NCBI RefSeq assembly: GCF_030144855.1
Contig: NC_082731.1
Span: 27,404,001-27,468,000, forward strand
DNA: 64,000 bases
Direction of reading: 5' to 3'
Origin: Hypanus sabinus
Lineage: Eukaryota
The translations under genes were made by a program, and so were the position numbers. Under the pieces are notes generated by a model. That model was not told the DNA's origin and made no database searches. It worked only from the letters and a program-made list of their open reading frames with translations. This document shows positions 24,760-38,029 of the stretch, one piece after another (position 1 is the first letter of the stretch; the number at the start of each line of letters is the position of its first letter).

Positions 24760-25430
24760 TGTAAAGGGGGTTTCTTTTTTCTCTTTGTTACTGTTGGGAA
24801 AGGGTTTTCTTTTGTTAACTAGCAGGAATGCTAATTCCTGATTATTTACTGATAACGAGAATGGTATTCCTTTGTAAACCAAATGGGGATTAATGTTCTT
24901 TCTTCTGAGTCTGTAAGCTTTTGTTGACGGGCTTTTGGGCAGATCGGCGCGAGGGGGTCGAGAGAGAGGACGCAATGCTCTAAGCTGGGCGAGGATCGGA
25001 CCCCAAAGGGGGGTCCGAGGCCAGGAGATTCTCCGAGGAGGGGGGGGGATGAAGCTAGATGTGCTTGGTTGACCACTCGGAGGGTCCTGAGCTGCGAGTC
25101 GAGGAGTTCGGAGGGGATCGAATGGTGGCCAGAAGACTTCAGAAATTGAGCTCCAACGGCTGTGCACGAAGTGGTTTGGACTTTGATAAGTTTGGCGCCT
25201 TTTCTTTAATTTTCTCTTCATATATACTGTATTGTTATTAATCACATAGTGATAGTATCCTTTATAAATTGTACTCATTTAATCGCATATGGTGTACTGT
25301 CTGTTTTTGGGCGAGGCGGGGACATCACACAGCATCCACACCAGCTGATTACCCAGTTTGGCGGGGCCGAAGGCTGCTCCCCCTAGACAAGAATGAGCTG
25401 AGCGAGCCTGAGGCGACCCAGGGAGTTACA
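24760..25430. mobile_element. Solo LTR (Gypsy/ERV-like), 671 bp
   Basis: Termini TGTAA...TTACA, 4-bp flanks CGTG/TGTG (TSD with one CpG-type transition), CpG-rich interior, no coding domain. Confidence 0.65.
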
Positions 25431-25439
25431 TGTGTACAT

Positions 25440-25790
25440 TTAGTATGATTGTCAGGAATATCTCAAATTTTTACAGACTGACGTGCTACACATTCAGACA
25501 GGTTGCATCACACTCCTTTATAGCAACTGCTCTGCTCTTGACCATCTGAACCTGAAGAGAGTGTTAAACACAGCCCAGTCCATCAGAGGCTTGTTAATTC
25601 CTCCCATCCAGTCAGTCTTCACGGTGCATTGCCTCAGGAAGACTCGTGGTGTTGTCAAGGATGCATACCATGCCGACCATTCCCTTTTCAGTCTGCTACC
25701 TTCTGGAGAATGTCGAGAAGCTGGAAAACTGGAATGTCCGGACTGAAGAACATTTTTTTCCCCTTGACACCAGTCTCCTGAGTCGATCAA
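25440..25790 (+). mobile_element. Rex1-type LINE 3' fragment
   Basis: GCITLLYSNCSALDH..KRVLNTAQSI..HSLFSLLPSG motif. Confidence 0.65.
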
Positions 25791-27039
25791 TTCTTTCACA
25801 TCTCCTTCCTGGTGGTGCTGCCACGTTCTCATACCATTCTCTTCTTTATTCTGTTTCTGTCATTGTAGTCTGTTATTTTGTGGCATTACCTCACACTGCA
25901 CAACAATCCCTGTACCATTGTGCTGTCTCTCTGCTTATAAATTTATTCCTATCATCATGTATGTTGGCCGTTCTCTACCAGCTTCACATGAAGAAGGAAT
26001 TTGATTGCACCCTGGTGTACACGACCATAAACCAACCTAATCTAATCTGAACTGTATCATACCGTTTCCGAGGAAAGTTCATCACAAAGCATTCATGCCT
26101 TGTCTTTAGCTCTCATGTGCTGGGCTCCACCCTCCTGGAAGTTGGTTCTATTGGAGTCAACTCATTTCATTCACTTTTAGTGATCCATCATCGTTCACAC
26201 CTGCATGTGGCAAGACTGCAAAGCCTTGATCTGATCTCTTCTTGATGGGACTGTACTTTGGCCATTCTTTGCCTCTTTTGCTATTTTACTGATGTGTAGA
26301 CTTGATCGATGCCACCTCACGTGTTGGCACATTTGGTGATGTATATGGTCTGTCCACTCACACCCCAGTTCATTCCCCCCGCCACTGATATACTGTGAAT
26401 GCAGTGTATACTATCTACAGAATGTACCACACACTTCAGTGAAGATTCTGATACAGCAACTCCCATGCTGCAATCTCTGGCACAATAGAGGACAACTGTA
26501 CTCAGGACATTGGGAATGCTACTGTCTGTATGTCATGCACCATCTACACTTGGACACAGATGTCTGCTCCTACATTGTCATTTCACCACATCACAGACAC
26601 CAACAATGATGTGAGCCCCACCCCGAACCAACTAATAGACTGGGTGTGCAAGTATCATATCGCTGACAACAATCTGGAGTATCAACATTATTTCTGTATC
26701 ACTGACAGTCATAGGGATGTGAGAATTATACTCGTGACACAGTATATAGAATTCACACCATCTCCACAGCAAGAACAGCCAAAATGTACAGGTAACCTGC
26801 TGATGACATCATCCCATTTGTTAGTAATCCCTTTACAGCCCAAATTATCAGGATGTAAGAGGGAAGGAAACAATGATATCTATTCATATGTAAAACTGAT
26901 ACTGACAAAATGCGAATCAGTTTTATATCTGTTTATATTATCCCAATGTATATATTATGCATAATTCAGGACACGGTATCAGAGGAGTGATGAGTCACCC
27001 TGAGAGAATATTTGGATGATTCCAGGAATAATGAACATC

Positions 27040-28700
27040 AGTCTCTCCTCTTTCCTACATATCATGTCAAGAAACCTTCCTGAACACACCTAACTAACTC
27101 CACCCCATCTTAACCCCTTGCTCTAGGGAGATGCCAATCGATATTTGGGAAATTAAAATCTCCCATCACGACAACTCTATAATTATATACTTTTCCAAGA
27201 TCTGTTTCCTTATCTGCTCCTCGATATCCCTGTTACTATTGGGTGGCCTATAAAACACACCCAGTGAAGTTATTGACCCCTTCCTGTTCCTAACCTCCAC
27301 CCACAGAGACTCCGTATTCAATCCCTCCAGATGTCCACCTTTACTGCAGCTGTGACACTATCTCTGATCAACAGTGCCATGTTCCCACCTCTTTTGCCTC
27401 CCTTCCTGTCCTTTGTGAAACATCTAAAACCCGACACTTGAAGTAACCATTCCCGTCCCTGACCCATCCAAGTCTCTGTAATGGCCACCACATCATAGCT
27501 CCAAGTACTGATCCACACTCTAAGCTCAACCGCTTTGTCTACAATACTCCTTGCGTTAAAATAGACACATCTCAAACCGCCATCTGATCGTGTCCCTTCT
27601 GTATCACCTGCCTATCCTCCCTCTCACACTGTCTCCAAGCTTTCTCAATCTGTGAGCCAACCACCTCTTCCCCAGTCTCTTCAGTTCGGTTCCCACCCAC
27701 CAACAATTCCAGTTTAAACTCTCCCTAGTAGCCTTAGCAAACCTCCCCGCCAGGATATTGATCCCCTTGGGATTCAAGTGTAACCCATCCTTTTTGTACA
27801 GGTCACACCTGCCCTGAAAGATGTCCCAATGATCCAGAAATCTGAATCCCTGCTCCCTGCTCCATTCCCTCAGACACCTCATTCTATTCCTAGTAAGGGA
27901 ACTAAGGGTTATGGGGAAAAGGCAGGTAGAAGGAGCTGTTCATGGATAGATCAGCCATGACCTTATTGACTTGTGGGGCAGGCTCGATGGGCCAGATGGC
28001 CTACTCCTGCTCCTATTTCTTATATTCTTATGTTCTTAACATTGTGGGCTGAAGGGTCCGTTCATGTGCTGTACTGTTCTATGTTCTGATGAATCTGACT
28101 TTAGTTTCTCCCTTTCAAATTGTGTGGTGAATTCTATCATAATTTGATAACTGTGTCCTAAGGGTTCCTTTACCTTGAGCTCCCAAACCAAATCTGGATC
28201 ATTACACAGCACCCAATCCAGAATAGTTGATCCCCTCATGGGCTCAAGCACAAGCTGCTCTAAAAATACATCTTGTAGGTATTCCACAAATTCTCTCTCT
28301 TGGAAACCAAAATCAGCAACAAATTCCCAATCTATCTGCATATTGAAATGCTCCATGACGATCATAAATTTGCTCTTTTGACTTGTGTTTTCTATCTCCC
28401 ATTGTAATTTGTAGCCCACATTCTGGCTGTAGTTTGGAGGCCAGTATATACCTCCCTTCTGGGTCTTTTTAACCTTTTTAGTTCCTTAACTCTATCTCAA
28501 CGATTCTACGTCTTCTAATCCTATGTCACCTCTTTTTAAGGATTTTGTTTCATTTTTTTTACGAGCCTTCTTCCACCCCTTCTGCCTACATGTCTATACT
28601 TTTGATACAATGTGTATCCTTGGATGTTAAGCTCCCAACTATAACAGTCTTTCTTCCAGGTATCTGAAATCCTGCCCCCTGTACCAGTTTATCTGGCAAA
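27040..28700 (-). mobile_element. CR1 fragments (ORF1 esterase end, endonuclease)
   Basis: ORFs 27604-27882 (GFRFLDHWDIF..KDGLHLN), 27318-27575 (CVYFNARSIVDK..AITETW) and 28036-28419 (LDWVLCNDP). Confidence 0.8.
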
Positions 28701-29374
28701 TCATCCTATTTTTATCCTCACAGGCATGTGGCACAGGCAGCAATCCAAAGATTACTGCACTGGAGGTCCTATTTTCAGCTTTCTGCTTGAACTCCAAGGC
28801 CCCTCTGTTCCACGACAACCTCCAGGACCCTCTCGTTCACTGTGAAAGTCTTACCTTGGTTTAACTTTGCAAAGTATTACACCTTGAGCTTCCCTGAATA
28901 GAATTCCATTTGCCACTGCTCAGTCCACTTATTCAGCTGAACACGATTCCACAGTAATTTTAATAACCTTCGCTCATGACTTTATTGCTTATTTTTCAGC
29001 TAACTGCATTCAGTGGAAGATGTCATTCATTGGTGATACAGCGCAAGGTTTAGAAAGAGCTTAGGTGTTTTCAGGACGTTACAATTGTTTGTAAACAGCA
29101 CAAGGCGTCGTTCGTTGGTGATGCAGTGCCAGGTTTGTAAAGAGCTCGGATGCTTTTGAAACTCTTTGGTGGGCTGCAATCAGCGTGAAAGGTGATTCGA
29201 GGGTGACACAGAGCAAGGGTTAAAGAGTGCTCAGGTTTTTTGGGAGTACAATCATTACAATCTATTAGGCACTTGGCAGGACTGAATAAACAGAAGCAAG
29301 GTGAAAGTGGAGCAGCCATTGTGTGAGTGAACAGTGATGGAGTGGTTGGACTTTGACTAAACAGACTTCTTTGT

Positions 29375-29935
29375 AACAACACACACAAAATGCTGGTGGA
29401 ACACAGCAGGCCAGGCAGCATTTATAAGGAGAAGCACTGTCGACGTCTCGGGCCGAGACCCTTCGTCAGGACTAACTGAAAGGAAAGATATTAAGAGATT
29501 TGGAAGTAGGAGGAGGAGGGGGAAATGCGAAATGATAAGAGAAGACCTGAGGGGGTGGGGTGAAGCTAAGAGCTGGAAAGGTGATTGGCAAAAGGGATAC
29601 AGAGCTGGAGAAGGGAAAGGATCATGGGATGGGAGGCCTAGGGAGAAGGAAAGGAGGAGGGGAGCACCAGAGGGAGATGGAGAACAGGCAGAGCGATGGG
29701 CAGAGAGAGAACAAAAAGGGGAGGGGGGAAAAATAAATAAATCAGGGATGGGGTAAGAAGGGGAGGAGGGGCATTAATGGAAGTTAGAGAAGTCAATGTT
29801 CATGCCATCAGGTTGGAGGCTACCCAGCCGGTATATAAGGTGTTATTCCTCCAACCTGAGTGTGGATTCATCTTGACAGTAGAGGAGGCCACGGATAGAC
29901 AGATCAGAATGGGAATGGGACATTGAATTAAAATG
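29375..29935 (-). mobile_element. Penelope-like terminal repeat with a mutated hammerhead core
   Basis: Reverse strand CTGACGA-A-GGG-TCTCGG-CCC-GAGA-C-GTC; GAAA is mutated to GAGA. Confidence 0.7.
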
Positions 29936-30029
29936 CTTTCCTAGAAAACTGGCTCGGGCAAGTACAGTTGTGTGTTCTGAGTAAGTTTATAATAAGTTTA
30001 TTTTTTTCCGTTAGTACACTGCTAGTGCT

Positions 30030-32260
30030 CTGACAATGGGTCCAAAGTTAGTGATATGTTCCTTCTGTGAGATGTGGAAACTTAGGGAGACCTCCTGTCT
30101 CCCTGAGAACCACATTGGCATGAAGTGCACTGAGCTGCAACTCCTTAGATAAATTGTGTTAAGGAACTGGAGCTGCAGCTCGATGACCTTTGGTTCATAC
30201 GGGAAAATGATAGAAAAGAGCCACAGGGGGTAGTCACCCCTAACTTGCAGGAGGCAGTTTCCTGGGTGACTGTCAGGAGAGGGTAAGAGTATAGACAGCC
30301 AGTTCAAAGTACCTCTGTGGCCATTCACCTCAATAATAAGTATAACTGCTTTGGATACAGTTGAAGGGAATGACCTACCAGGGAGCAGCCACAGTGACCT
30401 GTTCTCTGGCACTGAGTCTGTCCCAATGGCTCAGAAGGGAAGGTGGGGTGTGGAAGAGGATTGCAGCAGTGATAGGGGATTCCATAATTAGAAGAACAGA
30501 TGGCAGATTCCATGGATGTGAAAGAGACGTCCAGATGGTGTGTTGCTTCTGTTATGTACCAGCAGCAATAGATCACAAATGAGTCAGATTTGAATGTCAG
30601 GGTCAGGGATGTCTTGGATCAGGTTGACATCATTCTAAAAGAAAAGGGTGAACAGCTGGAAGACATGGTATATATTGGTTGCAATGACATAGGTAGGAAA
30701 ATGAGGAGGTCCTGATTAGAGAATATAGGGAGTTAGATGGAAAGCTGAAGAACTGGACCTCCAGGGTAGTAATCTCTAGAGTGCTGCTTGTGCCATGCAC
30801 CAGTGAGGGTAAGAATAAGATGACTTGGCAGTTGATTGTGTGGCAGAAGAATTGGTGCAAGGGCAGTGATTCAGATTTCTGGACCATTCTGATCTCTTCT
30901 GGAGCACGTATAACCTGTACAAAAAGGACAGGTTACACTTGAACCTGAGGGGGACCAATGTCCTTGCAGGCAAGATTGCTAGAGCTGTTTGGGAGGGTTA
31001 AAGCTATTTTGGAAGGGGGATGGGAAGCAGAGTGATAGAGCTGAGGATCGGGCATTTGGTATACAACTAGATGTGGTGTGTAGTGAGGCTGAGAGGAAAG
31101 GACAGGCAGGTGATGGGCAAATTTGAAGACATGTGAGTGAGTTAAAGTGTAACAGGGGCCAAAATCAAAAAGAGTAATGAATACAGGACTGAAGTTGTTA
31201 TATTGGAATGCACACAGTATATGGAATAAGGTCTTGTAGCGCAGTTAGAGATTTGCAGGTATGACGCTCTGAGCATCACTGAGTCGTGGCTGAAGGAAAA
31301 TCTTAGTTGGGAGCTAAACATCCAAAGCCGCACATCCAGACATCCAAAGGACAGGCAGGTAGGCAGAGTGGATGTGGTGGCTCTGTTGGTAATAGATGAA
31401 ATCAAATCCTAAGAAAGAGGTGACGTAGTATGAGAAAATGTTGTATCATTGTAGGCAGAATTTAAAAAGTGCAAGGGTAAAACGATCCTGATGTGAGTTA
31501 TATACAGGCCCCTGAACAGTAGCCAGGATGAGGGATACAAATTATAGTGGGAGATAGGAAAGGAATCTAAAAAGGGCAAAGTTACAAAAATCATGGGGAT
31601 TTCAATATGTACATAGATTAGAAAAATGAGGTTGGTGCTGGGTCCCAAGAGAAGAAATTCGTAGAATGCCTATGAGATTGTTTCTCAAGCAGCTTGTGGT
31701 TGAGTCCAAAAGTGGAACAGCAATTCTGGATTGGGTGTCGGGTAATGAACCAGATTTGATTCACGAGCTTAAGGTAAAGGAACCCATAGGGGAAGTGATC
31801 ATAATATAATAAAATTCACCCCACAGTTTGAGAAGAAGAAACTAATATCAGATGCATCAGTATTACAGTGGAGTAAAGGGAATTACCAACACATGAGAGA
31901 GGAGCTGGCCACAGTAGATTGGAAGAGGTCAGTAACAGGGTTGATGGGCAGTTTCTGAGAGAACTTTGGAAGGCAGAGGAAAGATGCATCCCAAAGATGA
32001 AGTATTCTTAAGGGAGGGCAGAAGTGAGTGTCATTTCTATTACTAAGGAGAAGGTGCTGAAAAGTCTGAAGGTAGTTAAGTCACCTGGAGGAGATGAGTG
32101 ACACCTCAGGGCTCTGAAAGCGGGAGCTGAAGAGACTATGAGGCATAAGGAATGATCTTTCAATAATCACCAGATTCTGAAATGGTTCCAGAGGACTGGA
32201 AAATTGCAAATATCATTCTGCTTTTACAGACGGGACAGAAGCAGAGGAAAGGAAATGGTA
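30030..32260 (+). mobile_element. Decayed CR1 (ORF1 Zn-finger/esterase, ORF2 endonuclease)
   Basis: ICSFCEMWKL, AVIGDSIIRRTD and LKLLYWNAHSIWNK-like segments with many stops. Confidence 0.75.
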
Positions 32261-32307
32261 GGCCAGATGGTTAATAGTTAGTGCAGACTCAGTGGTTAAT
32301 GGTTCGT

Positions 32308-34167
32308 GGAGACAGACAGACAGACAGACAGACATACTTTATTGATCCTGAGGGAAATTGGGTTTTGTTACAGCCGCACCAACCAAGAATAGTGTAGAAA
32401 TATAGCAATACAAAACCATAAATAAGAAAATAATAATAAGCTAACCATGCTAAGTGGAAATAAATCCAGGACCAGCCTATTGGTTCAGGGTGTCTGACAC
32501 TCCAAGGGAGGAGTTGTAAAGTTTGATGGCCACAGGCAGGAATGACTTCCTATGACGCTCAGTGTTACATCTCGGTGGAATGAGTCTCTGGCTGAATGTA
32601 CTCCTGTGCCTAACCAGTACATTATGGAGTGGATGGGAGTCATTGTCCAACATGGCATGCAACTTGGACAGCATCCTCTTTTCAGACACCACCATCCGAG
32701 AGTCCAGTTCCACCCCCACAACATCACTGGCCTTACCAATGAGTTTGTTGATTCTGTTGGTGTCTGCTACCCTCAGCCTGCTGCCCCAGCACTCAACAGC
32801 AAACATGATAGCACAGGCCACCACAGCTTTATAGAAAGAACATCCTCAGCATCGTCCAGCAGATGTTAAAGGACCTCAGTCTCCTCAGGAAATAGAGACG
32901 GCTCTGACCTTTCTTGTAGACAGCCTCAGTGTTCTTTGACCAGTCCACTTTATTGTCCATTCATATCCCCAGGTATTTGTAATCCTCCACTATGTCCACA
33001 CTGACCCCTTGGATGGAAACAGGGGTCACCGGTGCCTTAGCCCTCCTCAGGTCCACCACCAGCTCCTTAGTCTTTTTCACATTAAGTTATAGATGATTCT
33101 GCTCACACCATGTGACAAAGTTTCCCAACGTAGCCCTGTACTCAGCCTCATCTCCCTTGCTTATGCATCCAACGATGGCAGAGTCATCAGAAAATTTCTG
33201 AAGATGGCAAGACTGTGTTGTAGTTAAAGTTCGAGGTGTAGGTGGTGAAGAGAAAGGGAGACAGGACAGTCCCCTGTGGAGCCCCAGTGCTGCTGACCAC
33301 TCTGTCTGACACACAGTGTTGCAAGCGCACGTACTGTGGTCTGCCAGTCAGGTAATCAATAATCCATGACACCAGGGAAGCATCCACCTGCATCACTGTC
33401 AGCTTCTCACCCAGCAGAGCAGGGCGGATGGTGTTGAACGCACTGGAGAAGTCAAAAAACATGACCCTCACAGTGCTCGTTGGCTTGTCCAGGTGGGCAT
33501 AGACACAGTTCAGCAGGTAGACGATGACATCCTCAACTCCTAGTCGGGGCTGGTAGGTGAACTGGAGGGGGTCTAAGTGTGGCCTAACCATAGGCCAGAG
33601 CTGCTGTAGAACAAGTCTGTCCAGGGTCTTCATGATGTGGGAGGTCAATGCCACCGGTCTGTAGTCATTGGAGCCACTAGGGCATGGCACGGCATGTGGG
33701 GGATGGGCAGGGGCCACAGTGTCAAATCTGTTGAAGAACAGGTTAACTTCACTTGCCCTGTCCACACTGCCTTCAGCTCCTCTGTTGCTAGTTTGCTGGA
33801 ACCCAGTGATGGTCCTCATCCCACTCCAGACCTCTCTCATGTTGTTCTGCTGGAGTTTCCACTCAAGCTCCCTCCTATACCTGTCTTTAGCCTCCCAGAT
33901 CTTGGCTTTCTGGTCCCTCTGTATTGTCCTCAGCTCCTCCCTATTTCCATCTCTGAACACCCTCTTTTTAGCGTTCAGGATGTCCTTAATGTCCTTTGTT
34001 ACCCATGGCTTGTTATTTGAATAACAAAGGACAGTTCTTGCCAGAACATTGCAGTCCACACAGAAGTTGATGTAACCAGTGATGCACTCTGTGAGCCCAT
34101 CAATGTCTTCTCCATGTGGCTCACAGAGTGCCTGCCAGTCTGTCACCTCAAAACAATCCTGGAGACG
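32308..34167 (-). mobile_element. 5'-truncated Rex1/Babar-type LINE with (GACA)n tail and 18-bp TSD
   Basis: ORF 33187-34146 (DYRPVALTS, FDFSSAFNTI, GAPQGTVLSPFLF). CAGTGGTTAATGGTTCGT at 32290-32307 and 34168-34185. Confidence 0.9.
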
Positions 34168-35189
34168 CAGTGGTTAATGGTTCGTACAGACTTGGTGGTT
34201 AATGGTTAGTGGATACTCAGTGGTTAATGGTTAGTACACTCGGTGGTTCATGGTTAGTACAGACTCAGTGAGATGATGGGCCTGTTTCTGTGCTGTATCT
34301 CTCTACCTGTTCAGGAAACAGTACAGACTGAGTACGGAAGCCCCTGTCAGTGTTCCCGGGACTAACCATCAAAAGAGGTAAGTGTGACCCCACTGCAATC
34401 TGAAGGGGAATGCAGACCTGAATCACCAGTGATTAATGTTCTTTACCAGACACTGTCTACCTCGCTGTTTTCTGATTTTATTTTCTACGCTCTTGCACAT
34501 TCTTATAGAAAATGTGACTTCCTTGGGCCATTCATCATCAAGAGCTTTTGTGGTTCATTTGTGGACATGGTTGGTCTGCAATGAAAAGTAATTGGACAAT
34601 TTCACCCAAAAGCAACCACTTGCATTTACAGTGTGGATTTAATATAAGAAATCACCAGAAGGTGTTTCACCGGAGCATGAATCAGATGTCAGGTCATAGA
34701 AGGAGAGGGAATGCAGGTGAGGAAGTGTCTGGTCAGAGGAGGAATCTGGAAGCAATGCCTCAGTCCAACGGGATGATGTGCTGAAATGGTTTGCACCACA
34801 ATTTACTGACTCACTGAGACGTCTGTCACAGAGTGATGGAAGAGTGAAGGGAATGGAAGTGACATCTATAAGATGGATTTAAACTAAAGAGGAAGAGAAA
34901 GACACAGACTGCAGGTTTAAATTCATTAGAATGAATCTGTGGACTTTGTTAAGAAAGCCCCTCAGACAGAGTAATTGACAGTAGGACCAGACTCCCATAT
35001 GGAGGAGGGTGAGAGGAAACAATGAATTCATGGCAAAATATCTGTAAACTACACGTAAATACGTAAATTATTTAATTCACTTATTTATTGGCACACAGCA
35101 TGGAATAGGCCCTTCTGGCCTTTCGAGTCAGACTGCCCAGGAATCCCAATTTAATCCTCGTCTCATCACAGGACAATTTATAATGACCA

Positions 35190-35360
35190 AACTGAGGTAT
35201 TTTAGACTTTGGACTGTGAGTGGAAACCGAAGTACCCGGTGGAAACCCACACATTCTTGGGCAGAAATTACAAATTCCTTACAGGCAGCGACAGGAATTG
35301 AACCCCAGGTCGCCTGCACTGGAAAACATTCTGCTAACCACTACACTACCATGCCGCCCC
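35190..35360 (-). mobile_element. tRNA-derived SINE (V-SINE/HE1-like)
   Basis: Reverse strand ggcggcatggtagtgtagtggttagc...ggggttcaattcc (A/B boxes) and gtgggtttcc..cggtttcc core. Confidence 0.6.
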
Positions 35361-35830
35361 AAATGCTGGGTTCTCCAGCCTGTCTGATAGATTTCTTTGA
35401 TCAAAACATAAACTGGTGTTGGGTCCTGATGTTTTTGCAATCCAAAATACTTCAGCAGTTAAGAAGGGGTATTAAAACCCATTGCTTAAGACTGCTGAAT
35501 ACTAGCAGCAGACATTCCAATCAAATTCTATTGCTTAAGTTAATAAATTAGTCCCTATTCGACCAATGTGATACTCGCCACTGAAACTGAGAGTTTCCAG
35601 GAGATACACAGGCAATGGCAACCCTCTGAACAATTACATGTATATAAGTAATTACTTAAAAACACAAACAAACATAAGAAAGTTAAACTACAATGAAAAT
35701 AATAAAGTAGTACCATCCCAGTACCGTCAGGACCATTATTTGCAGGTATTGTGAGATCTGTCAATTTGTCCTTATCAGAATTGATTCAGAGTTTAAAGAG
35801 ACTCAAATCCAGTTCATGTGATGCTATTTT

Positions 35831-35832
<2 letters not shown>

Positions 35833-35861
<29 letters not shown>

Positions 35862-36160
35862 TACTTTATTGATCCCGAGGGAAATTGGGTTTCGTTACAG
35901 CCGCACCAACCAAGAATAGTGAAGAAATATAGCAATATAAAACCATAAATAATTAAATAATAATAAGTTAATCATGCCAAGTGGAAATAAGTCCAGGACC
36001 AGCCTATTGGCTCAGGGTGTCTGACATTCCAAGGGAAGAGTTGTAAAGTTTGATGGCCACAGGCAGGAATGACTTCCTATGATGCTCAGTGTTGCATCTC
36101 AGTGGAATGAGTCTCTGGCTGAATGTACTCCTGTGCCTAACCAGTACATTATGGAGTGGA
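35833..36160 (-). mobile_element. Short 3' copy of the same Rex1-type family as 32308-34167
   Basis: Near-identical (GACA)n-tactttattgatcc tail and RKSFLPVAIKLYN region. Confidence 0.85.
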
Positions 36161-36539
36161 TTCCCATAACATAATCAATAAATCAATCAGTAACAGTCAA
36201 TTATCATTACAGTGAGCCCGTTTCTGACACGTGGCAAATGCTCTGTAATGAGGAGAGGGTCTTGCTGTCTCTGTGTCTTTTGCTCTTTGATTTTAATTAA
36301 TTTTGTCTCATTCTGTGTGATAAACGTGAACCTGTTGGTTGGTGCAAAGCACAATGTTAGAATTGTATTTCCATATGTAAAGCAGTGTGTTTATTCTTGT
36401 TAGTAACACAGCTCCACTGGGAGGGCCCCCTGCTCAAATTAAACCTGCCTGCGAATCGGAGAGGAAGTGTAAGGACTGAGTGTTAATGTTATCGCAGAGT
36501 TTCAGACATCTGTCAGCTATTAATAACAAATAGTTACTG

Positions 36540-37060
36540 AGCTTCAAGTAAACCTACAACACAGAACAGTACAGCACAGGAACAGGCCCTTCGGCCCATG
36601 ATGACTGTGACAGCCAGAACACCAAATTAATCTAAACCGAACTATCTGCACAGAATCCATATCCCTCCATATCCTGAATGGTCATGTGCTTTTTCAAATG
36701 TATCTCAACTGTACTATCATGCTGATTCACCACCACTCCTGCCAGTGCATTCCAGGCACCCATCACTCTCTGTGTAAAAAATACAACCCACAAATCTCCT
36801 TTGAATGTTATACCCCTCATCTTAAATCTCATTTGGATATGACATTTTACCCTGGAAAATGACTTTGACTGTTGACCCTATCGATGACTCTCATGCTTTT
36901 ATAAGCCTCTATCAGGTTGCCTCTCAGCCGATGCTCCCAAGTAAACAGTCAAAGATTGTTCAACCTCTCCTTACAGCTAATATTCTGTAATCCAGGCAAC
37001 ATGCTCATGAACGTCCTTTACACACGCTCCAAAGCTTCCACATCCTTCTTACAGTGGAGC
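36540..37060 (-). mobile_element. CR1 3' end
   Basis: FFTQRVMGAWNAL motif in ORF 36632-36832. Confidence 0.65.
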
Positions 37061-38029
37061 AACTGGAACTGAAATTTTCATGAAGTTTCACCCAAGTTAA
37101 TGCAGGCATGAAAACTTGTGCATTAACTTGGGACAAAATACAATCTGTACTCTCCTCTTACCCAGTCCCATGAAATTCTCCCAGCAGGGTCACTGTCTCC
37201 TTGATGCTGGAATGTACTGGATTCAACTTTCGGGCTCTTTCCTGTGGAAACTGGGACACATTTTTAACCTCATTAGTAATACGTGAATGGTTTAGATGCT
37301 CAAATACACCCTGTCATGAGGGTCATGAGAAGGTTGAAGGGTTAAGCATATTTCCACCTCACAGGTAATAAAAATACTTGCTAGGGTGGAGGAGAAAGGT
37401 GGTTCAGGGGGATTAAAACCATTATAAATAATCACTAATCATCCACTTTGGATTATTTATCCAGAGAGTGTGGAGAAAGTGGATCTCCCCCACAGAAGTA
37501 AATGTGGTGAAAGGGAGCAGAGGGAAAGTTAATCCAGTTGGACAAAGATGGAGTGACTGGAGGTTCATATGGAGATTGAACAATGGCATAAAGTAATTGG
37601 TCTGAATCTGCTCCTTTACTGTGCGTTTCATTTAAGTCTGTGTAGTACCAGAGTCACAGGAGAGAAACAAATTCTACTGAGTTTCCTTTCCTTCACCATG
37701 TTCCTCTCCCATTCTCTTTATCTCTTCCTCAGACTTCCACTCTCCTGTTCCCCCTACACTCTTTGCATATCCACATCGTTTCCCTCTCATTTCCTCTATC
37801 ATCACCCCTCTCATCACTTCCTCCCCCATTTCATTCTCATGTCTCTTACCCTCTTCCTCCTTCACTCTCTGTATGTTCCTCTCTTTATTTTCCCTTCACT
37901 TTTCTGTCCATCACCCAATCCCAAACTCTTTCTCAGGAACTTTTGTTTCCCAGTGGTAGCAGTTGGGCCAACACCGGTCACCTGTGGTCAGGTGTATCAG
38001 ATCGTCAGACTCAACTAGTTTCTGTCTTC

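Noticed and set aside
26530-26964. 144-aa ORF
   Set aside because: No recognisable domain, splice context or compositional signal; lies among decayed repeats.
37180-37290. DAGMYW motif resembling the IgV F-strand
   Set aside because: No Cys after YW, and no upstream Cys/Trp framework or splice context.
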